IMG/VR virus record: IMGVR_UViG_3300024262_003767
Direction: 5' to 3' (one strand)
DNA: 64,000 bases
Source of the DNA: a virus
In this document: positions 57,880 through 64,000 of the stretch, in pieces
How positions within the stretch are numbered: position 1 is the stretch's first letter
Layout: each line of letters opens with the position of its first letter
Position numbers and translations under genes: made by a program
Notes under the pieces: model-generated
Seen by the model: only the letters and a program-made list of their open reading frames with translations
What the model was told of the DNA's origin: nothing
Databases searched by the model: none

Positions 57880-58097
57880 ATACCTAATATTTTTTTATAA
57901 TATTCTGATTGAATATTTTTTAATGAGCCATATAATTTATCTAAAAAATCTATTCTATCTTCAAGATTATCTATTTCTTCATCTGAACCATCTGTTATTT
58001 TTTCATCAAGTTCATCTCTAGTCTTTTTTACTTCTTCCATTAAATCTTCTAAACTAATATAAGGTTTCCCATCATCCCCACGCATTGTTTTTAACAT
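57876..58097 (-). CDS. small acidic hypothetical protein
   Basis: 73 aa. Confidence 0.45.
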   Translation of the reverse strand: MLKTMRGDDGKPYISLEDLMEEVKKTRDELDEKITDGSDEEIDNLEDRIDFLDKLYGSLKNIQSEYYKKILGM

Positions 58098-58111
58098 ATA
58101 TTCTATTATTT

Positions 58112-61100
58112 TTAAAAATCTGTTATCAAAGATGATATCAAATTATCATTTTTCTTAACAGTTATTAATCCATCATAATTTATTGGATGAACATGCTCAA
58201 TTATAATAATTTTATCAATTTTATTTTTTATTTCGTCTAATAGTTCAATAAATTCCATAACAGATTTTTCATATAATTTGCCCATAATCTCATCAAGAAT
58301 AATAAAATTAGGTCTTGATTTTACATTAATTTGTCTTAATGCAATTTTTAATGTTAATGCACAAAATGTTCTTTCTTTACCTGATGATTCGATTGCATTT
58401 TGTGAAACATCTAATCTATCATCCATACTTAATTTTAAAATTAAATCATCATTAAAGAATAATGTAAAATCAACATTAGTCAATAAGTCGTTCAATTCTT
58501 TATTTATTAGATGTATAGATTTTTTTAGAAGATAAGTAGGAATACCGTCTCTGGATATACATCTCTGGTACTCTTTCATTAGTTCTTCTTGCTTTTTTTG
58601 TTGAATAAATTTCTCAATTCGTGATTGAATATCTTCTATTGATTTTTCTAATAATGCTATTTCTTTTTTAATTTCAGATATTACTATATATTTTTCATCA
58701 ATATTACTTTTCAATTCTAAAATATACACATCTTTATCATCAATGTCTAATTGAGTTTGTTTATTTTCCTCAATTTGTGATTCATACATTTTAAAATTAT
58801 TAATAGTTTGTTCTATTTCTTTAATCTTCAAAAGATAATTATCAATATTTAATGTTAGTTTTTCTTTTAAATTGACTTTATCTTTTCTTAGTTCGTAATT
58901 TTCTTTAATTTTTTCTTCATGTTGAATATCATCTTCAATAGATTCAATATTTAATGATTTTAACTCGTTTTCAAGATTTTTAATTACCGATAAATTGTCA
59001 TTTTTATCTTTATCTAATTTTTTCAATAACATTTTACCTTTATCAAATTTATTTTTTAATTCTTCATTAATTGATAAATCATTATTTTTTAATCTTTCAA
59101 TTAACGATTCAATCATTAATATTTCATTCTCAAGATATTTAGTATCTTGAAGAACGTTTAATTCTGATAATATTTCTTCGTCATATTCACCACTTGTTAA
59201 TTTATCTCGTTTTAATCTGAGAGTCTGAATTTTTTCCTCTAATTCGGGTATAATAGGTGTTAAATCTTTATATTCCTCAATTAAATCCTTTATTTTAATA
59301 GTATTAATTTCTATATCATGTTCTAATGTTTTAATCTTTTCTTGAATGTGTTCTAAATGATCGGGTGTAGATTCGTCATAATCTCTACCACATGCAGGAC
59401 AAAAACTTGAATTTTTAAATTCTTCAATTTCTTGAAGTTTCTCATCATTTCGTGATTTTAAATTTGAACCATCTTTTTTCAGATTTCTAATTTTATTTTC
59501 GAGATTAATTTTTTCAAGTTCATTCTTCTTTATCTCATCTTTAATTGATATTATTTTTGAGTTTATTATACTCAATTTTTCACTTTCAACATTAGAAATT
59601 TCTTTTTCTTTAATGTTAATTTTGTCTTTTAAATTATTAATTTCTTTATCTCTAAACTCTCTAAGTTTTTGTTTTACTTTATCAACCTTCGTATCAATTT
59701 CATTATTATTTGTTTTAACTGATGATATTTCTTCTTTTATTTTTGAAATTTTATCATTAGTTAATTTTAATTTATCTTTTAAATTGTTAAGTTTATCTGG
59801 CTCAAATTTAGAAGGTAATTCATTTATATCTCTATCATAGATACTTATTTGTACTTTATTATCATCAATCTTTTGATTATAATTTGATAATGTATTATTT
59901 GAAATATTCAGATCAAAATTGATCATCGATTCATCAATTTTATTTAATTTTTTAATTAAATTATCTCTTAAAGAATTTTCACTATCCAATTCTAATTTAA
60001 AATCTATAATCAATTTCTTTTGTTCTTTTATCGTATTTTTCTTCTCTTCTATTACATTTACGATTTCAGAAATCTCTTGCTCTGATTGACTAACATCAAC
60101 TATAATTTTTTCAATGTTGAGATCTTTTTTATAATCTTTATATTCATTTTGTTTCTTTTCAAAAATATCATAACCAGCATCTCTAATGATGCTATCCATA
60201 AACACACTTCTATCAGCAGATAAAAGTTCATTCAAATTATCTGCATTAGTTAATGATATTCTAACAAAATCTTTAAAATCACCAAGAATAAGATCTAATT
60301 TCTTTTGAGTTTGAGTTTTTCTTTCACCAGTTTGTTTATTCTTTTCTTTTATTTCTTCAGTATCATAATAGTCCACATTGGTAGAACAAGATTTTATTTC
60401 TCCACTTCTATTTTCATCTCGTTCAGTTTTTCTCAAAATTGTAATTTTTTCACCATCAATATCTAAAACAGCGCCACCTGAACATTTATTTAATTTTCGT
60501 TTATTGTTAATATATCTATTATCACCGTGTTTTTCTCTTTTTACGGTAGTTGTGGTTGTACCATAAAGAATATATGTTATAACATCTAAAATAGTAGTTT
60601 TTCCTTGTTGGTTTTCACCATGAATTTGTATGATACCATTTAAATCTTTCCAATCAATTTTATTTTTATCACCAAAAACTCTAAAATTATCAAACCAAAA
60701 TTTTTCAATTTTCCACTCAATGTTAGTTTTTTGTTCTTTAATCTCTAATCTATCATTAATTAAATCATCAATTTTTAAAATTTCATCAATATCATTTTTT
60801 TTATATCCTTGTTCTTCAAGATATTCTTTAAATATTTTACGTTGAGTTTCAACATTTGTTAAATCTAATGTTTCAGATAACATTTTAGATGAAACCATAT
60901 CTGTATAAATGTATGTTTTATCAAATTTTACTTTGGTTGAATCATATTTATTTTTAATAAAGTTTCGTATTTTTCTTTCATTTTCAGTATTGATGTTGGA
61001 ACTTAAATCTTTCCAATGCACTTTAAATTCAGGAAAATTTCCAATTCTTTCATTTGTGTGTAATGTCAAATTATCATAATCTTCACCTTCATTGATATAT

Positions 61101-61279
61101 AAATTGATAAATGTATATTCATTAAGAATATCTATTTCTTCAACTCTAAAGTCAGTTTTACTTTTTATATCCCAAACCAAAAATCCATGTTTATCAACAT
61201 CTTCACCAAATGATTGTTGAACTGGACTACCAGGGTAACCAATAGTTGGTATTTTTTTCTTTATTTTTATTTTAGACAT
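58112..61279 (-). CDS. Rad50/SbcC (T4 gp46-like) ATPase with an N-terminal ~185-aa segment matching the C-terminal part of Mre11/SbcD
   Basis: aa 10-25 IPTIGYPGSPVQQSFGE = SbcD/Mre11 GSP..SF.E motif; Rad50 Walker A GENQQGKTTILDVITYILYG at ~aa 215; long coiled coil; zinc hook CPACG; Walker B/D-loop FIILDE near C-terminus. Confidence 0.8.
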   Translation of the reverse strand: MSKIKIKKKIPTIGYPGSPVQQSFGEDVDKHGFLVWDIKSKTDFRVEEIDILNEYTFINLYINEGEDYDNLTLHTNERIGNFPEFKVHWKDLSSNINTENERKIRNFIKNKYDSTKVKFDKTYIYTDMVSSKMLSETLDLTNVETQRKIFKEYLEEQGYKKNDIDEILKIDDLINDRLEIKEQKTNIEWKIEKFWFDNFRVFGDKNKIDWKDLNGIIQIHGENQQGKTTILDVITYILYGTTTTTVKREKHGDNRYINNKRKLNKCSGGAVLDIDGEKITILRKTERDENRSGEIKSCSTNVDYYDTEEIKEKNKQTGERKTQTQKKLDLILGDFKDFVRISLTNADNLNELLSADRSVFMDSIIRDAGYDIFEKKQNEYKDYKKDLNIEKIIVDVSQSEQEISEIVNVIEEKKNTIKEQKKLIIDFKLELDSENSLRDNLIKKLNKIDESMINFDLNISNNTLSNYNQKIDDNKVQISIYDRDINELPSKFEPDKLNNLKDKLKLTNDKISKIKEEISSVKTNNNEIDTKVDKVKQKLREFRDKEINNLKDKINIKEKEISNVESEKLSIINSKIISIKDEIKKNELEKINLENKIRNLKKDGSNLKSRNDEKLQEIEEFKNSSFCPACGRDYDESTPDHLEHIQEKIKTLEHDIEINTIKIKDLIEEYKDLTPIIPELEEKIQTLRLKRDKLTSGEYDEEILSELNVLQDTKYLENEILMIESLIERLKNNDLSINEELKNKFDKGKMLLKKLDKDKNDNLSVIKNLENELKSLNIESIEDDIQHEEKIKENYELRKDKVNLKEKLTLNIDNYLLKIKEIEQTINNFKMYESQIEENKQTQLDIDDKDVYILELKSNIDEKYIVISEIKKEIALLEKSIEDIQSRIEKFIQQKKQEELMKEYQRCISRDGIPTYLLKKSIHLINKELNDLLTNVDFTLFFNDDLILKLSMDDRLDVSQNAIESSGKERTFCALTLKIALRQINVKSRPNFIILDEIMGKLYEKSVMEFIELLDEIKNKIDKIIIIEHVHPINYDGLITVKKNDNLISSLITDF

Positions 61280-62148
61280 TTATTTAATTTTATTTTAAAT
61301 TCACCATTTAGAATATTGGTTTCCCAGAACCTTAAAATATTAAAATTATTAGATTTTGAAAGTTCATCTTTAAAAATATCATTTTCAATATTTAACATCT
61401 GAGTCTTATTTAATTCATTTATATTAAATATGTTGGGGTTAGCATGCCAATAATCACCATCTGCCTCAATAATTATATTTTTATCTATTAACATAAAATC
61501 ATATATTTTATATCTTAATTTACCATCAAGTTTATAGTATATTCTAAATTGTGGTTTATATTTTATTGATTTTTCATCTAAAAAATCACCTATAATTTTT
61601 TCTATTTTAGTTTTACTTTTTTTAAATAACCCTTTATGTGCGATTTCCGTCATACTTAAACCATATCTTTCAATGCAAGTATTATTAATTTTTTTTCTAC
61701 ATTCATCGTCTTTCCAATTATGTGTTGTACCATATCGTTCTAAGAACGTATTTTTTCTTTTTATTTTTGATTCAGGTTTCCATCCAAATGGAAATTCATT
61801 ATTTTGATTATATTCTAATTTAGATTTCCTAACTTTATTTTTATAATTTTCATCACTCCACAATTTTTTAGTTATTTTTGAATGTAAATCTTTACTTTCT
61901 TGTGTTTTTACCTTACCAAACATTGGATTTTTTTCACCAACATATATAATTTTTTTATGCTCATCACAACATTTCCTTGAGCAATATTTTTTATCATCAG
62001 ATACTAATACTTCAATATCAACTCCACAATTTATACAATAAATAATTTTTCTTTCAACCTTAGATTTCTTATAATCTTTATATTGACATTTCCTTGAACA
62101 ATATTTCTTATTATTATGTTTCTCACCACAAACTATACATTTTTTCAT
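61267..62148 (-). mobile_element. homing-endonuclease-like ORF inserted between the two halves of mre11
   Basis: N-terminal Cys pairs (CIVCG..CSRKC; CINCG; CSRKC); NUMOD3-like NPMFGK; ERYG repeats as in ORF 1422; C-terminal DUF559/Vsr-like YKIYDFMLIDKNIIIEADGDYWH. Confidence 0.55.
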
Positions 62149-62191
62149 AGATTTTTTGTTGTTTTATAGTATATATAAAAATATAATACTA

Positions 62192-62848
62192 CTATTCTGA
62201 TAATATCCAACCATTTTTTAAATATTCATCTAAGTCTTTATCATCTATCTCCATTTCTACTTCTTTATATTTGAAAAACTGCCTTTTATGTATATCACCA
62301 AGAAAAAGAAAATCATTCTTTTTAAAATCATTAATACTCTTGTACATACTATCAGTAAAAAATTTACCTCTATCGGTAGAACTATTTTGTATAGGGTCAT
62401 GAAACAAACCTATATAAATTTGTTCTTTTTTCTTTGTTTGTCCAACCCAAGGATCATTTAATTTGTCAGGGTGATCATATACAACCCAAGATATATTACC
62501 TTCATCATAAATACCTGTTGTGTCATAATATGTCACATTAGGATTATCAATCAATTTAACTACAACCTTTATACTATCAGTTCTATTTAAATTTTTCTTA
62601 CGCAAATCGTGATTACCTCTTGTTATAATAACTTTGGCTATATGTGAAAGTTTGTTTAAAAATTCACCACCGAGTATTTTTGCTTCATTGGAAATTTCAA
62701 TAAAATTTTCAAATAAATCACCAACAATTACAATTTTTTCTGGTTGTCTTATTTTTAATTCGTTATATATTTTTTCAAATACTTCTCTATACTCATCATG
62801 TCTCTCTACATTTCTAATGTGTACATCTGCTAAATGTGCTATCTTCAT
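62192..62848 (-). CDS. Mre11/SbcD (T4 gp47-like) nuclease, N-terminal phosphoesterase half only
   Basis: Motifs I HLADVH, II VGDLFE, III RGNHD, IV LFHDP, V GDIH; ends after 218 aa, before the GSP/SF.E motif that reappears at the start of ORF 58112..61279. Confidence 0.8.
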   Translation of the reverse strand: MKIAHLADVHIRNVERHDEYREVFEKIYNELKIRQPEKIVIVGDLFENFIEISNEAKILGGEFLNKLSHIAKVIITRGNHDLRKKNLNRTDSIKVVVKLIDNPNVTYYDTTGIYDEGNISWVVYDHPDKLNDPWVGQTKKKEQIYIGLFHDPIQNSSTDRGKFFTDSMYKSINDFKKNDFLFLGDIHKRQFFKYKEVEMEIDDKDLDEYLKNGWILSE

Positions 62849-62967
62849 TCAACTTCTTATTTTTTATTTAGAATAAATCTAATTATTATATGTTATACCC
62901 TTGAAATAGTTTAATGAAAAATAAATTATGAATTTTTATATATAAAAGAAAATTAATCATTAGTCAC

Positions 62968-63768
62968 ATGAAAAATATTACAAGTAGAGAAAAATTTCTA
63001 AAAAAAGTATATGAATATAGTCAAGGAATCCAAGATTATATAGGTTTAGTAGATTATACTATGTTAGGTTTAGATGCCACGGAAGGAGATATACTAGGTT
63101 TGTGTAAAAGAGCAAAAGAATATGGAGTCGCAACTGTTTGCGTTAGACCTAATATGGTATCTTTAGCAAAAAGAGAACTCGATGGTTCAGATGTTGGAGT
63201 TACAACAGTTATATCGTTCCCTGAAGGTACAAATTCTAAAGAAGCAAAATTATTTGAATGTAAGAAAGCGATTTCTGATGGTGCTGATGATATTGATATG
63301 GTTTTAAATTATCAAAAACTTAAAGAAGTATGGAATAAAATTGGTTCCGCTGATGAAGATGAACGTGAAGAGGAAATGTTTGATGTTATCTATTATGAAT
63401 TGGTTGATGAAGTTAAAGCATTAGTGGATATGTGTCATAATGCTAGTAAAATTTTAAAAGTTATTGTTGAATCTGGTAAATTAAATTCTGAACAAACAAA
63501 ATTTGTTACAGAGATATGTATAGAAGCAGGAGCAGATTTTATTAAAACATCAACTGGTATGGTAGATATTGGTGCGGAATTAGATAAAATTAAAATTTTC
63601 TATGATACAATTAAAGAAAAAGGTTCAGATATGTTAATTAAAGCATCAGGTGGAATTAGAACAATTGAAGATATTAAAAAATTCGCACCATACACAGATA
63701 GATTTGGTGTTGGTTCGGGTTCTATTGATAATATGATGGGTGTTAGTTCGGGTAGTTCATCATACTAA
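62968..63768 (+). CDS. deoC: deoxyribose-phosphate aldolase
   Basis: Collinear with E. coli DeoC: VCVRP, ISFPEG, GADDIDMV, KVIVESG, AGADFIKTSTG (Schiff-base Lys), KASGGIRT. Confidence 0.9.
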   Translation: MKNITSREKFLKKVYEYSQGIQDYIGLVDYTMLGLDATEGDILGLCKRAKEYGVATVCVRPNMVSLAKRELDGSDVGVTTVISFPEGTNSKEAKLFECKKAISDGADDIDMVLNYQKLKEVWNKIGSADEDEREEEMFDVIYYELVDEVKALVDMCHNASKILKVIVESGKLNSEQTKFVTEICIEAGADFIKTSTGMVDIGAELDKIKIFYDTIKEKGSDMLIKASGGIRTIEDIKKFAPYTDRFGVGSGSIDNMMGVSSGSSSY

Positions 63769-63787
63769 ATGAAATTCTAAATACAAA

Positions 63788-63822
63788 TAAAAAAACCAAT
63801 CATTTTTGATTGGTTTTTTTAT
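63788..63822 (+). terminator. rho-independent terminator after deoC
   Basis: aaccaatcatttttgattggtt hairpin + T-run. Confidence 0.7.
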
Positions 63823-64000
63823 TTGTATTTTTTTATTACTTTTGTGACATTATTATAAAATTTTTAATATGTCATATCATAATAAATTATCAGAAGTCAC
63901 ACACAAATTAAATACTCTTAAAATTAGGGTTACTATTTTATCGGTTTTTACCATATTGATATGGTTATTTAATGTTAGTTTATCAACATCTATTTTACTA

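Noticed and set aside
61267-62191. Possibility that the HEG between the mre11 halves is carried in a group I intron
   Set aside because: Only 43 nt separate the upstream exon-like ORF stop from the HEG start, and the HEG overlaps the downstream ORF start by 13 nt. That leaves no room for a 200+ nt structured intron core, and both flanking ORFs have their own ATG. A free-standing HEG that splits the gene is more parsimonious.
1-64000. tRNA genes, rRNA, CRISPR arrays, integrase or attachment sites
   Set aside because: No GC-richer cloverleaf-sized islands, no regularly spaced direct repeats, and no tyrosine/serine recombinase motifs were seen by eye. A tRNAscan run would be needed to exclude tRNAs definitively.
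1-64000. Giant-virus (NCLDV) origin suggested by the AT-richness, NAD-ligase, TK and many small ORFs
   Set aside because: The window has bacterial-type rho-independent terminators with T-runs, a lipobox lipoprotein, NusG/HPF/ClpS/PncAB/flotillin-NfeD with bacterial operon organisation, and T4 gp46/gp47/gp1-like genes with HNH/GIY-YIG HEGs. These point to a bacteriophage, but this cannot be proven without database searches.

Overview
This is a very AT-rich (roughly 25-30% GC by eye), densely coding 64-kb window with about 95 plausible protein genes, mostly on the minus strand. Intergenic regions are short, many adjacent genes overlap at start/stop (ATGA/TAATG), and there are numerous rho-independent hairpin+T-run terminators, several of them bidirectional. 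No rRNA, tRNA or CRISPR array is evident by eye. Gene content is phage-like. The T4-like core comprises Rad50/Mre11 (gp46/gp47) homologs, a gp1-like dNMP kinase, thymidine kinase and six homing-endonuclease-like ORFs (HNH, GIY-YIG, and four NUMOD/zinc-ribbon proteins carrying a C-terminal PD-(D/E)xK-like domain). Alongside this sits an unusually large load of host-like auxiliary genes: a partial NAD-dependent DNA ligase, NusG, a multi-S1-domain protein, ribosome hibernation factor (HPF), ClpB/ClpC, ClpS, PncA and PncB, flotillin plus NfeD, papain-like and M16 peptidases, a soluble hybrid histidine kinase, peptide deformylase, endonuclease IV, DeoC, GDP-fucose synthase, an SDR epimerase, a truncated RlmN/Cfr-like radical SAM enzyme, a CCA-adding enzyme, a SpoT-like HD hydrolase and a lipoprotein. 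The most striking neighbourhood (3.7-11.1 kb) holds KptA/Tpt1, a 2H phosphoesterase, a macro-like protein and a NUDIX hydrolase, which together make up the complete eukaryote-type 2'-phosphate/ADP-ribose-cyclic-phosphate processing chain used in tRNA splicing and repair. The most likely source is a large (jumbo or mega) T4-related bacteriophage of an AT-rich bacterium. A giant-virus origin was considered and judged less likely because of the bacterial-type terminators, the lipobox lipoprotein and the NusG/HPF/ClpS content.
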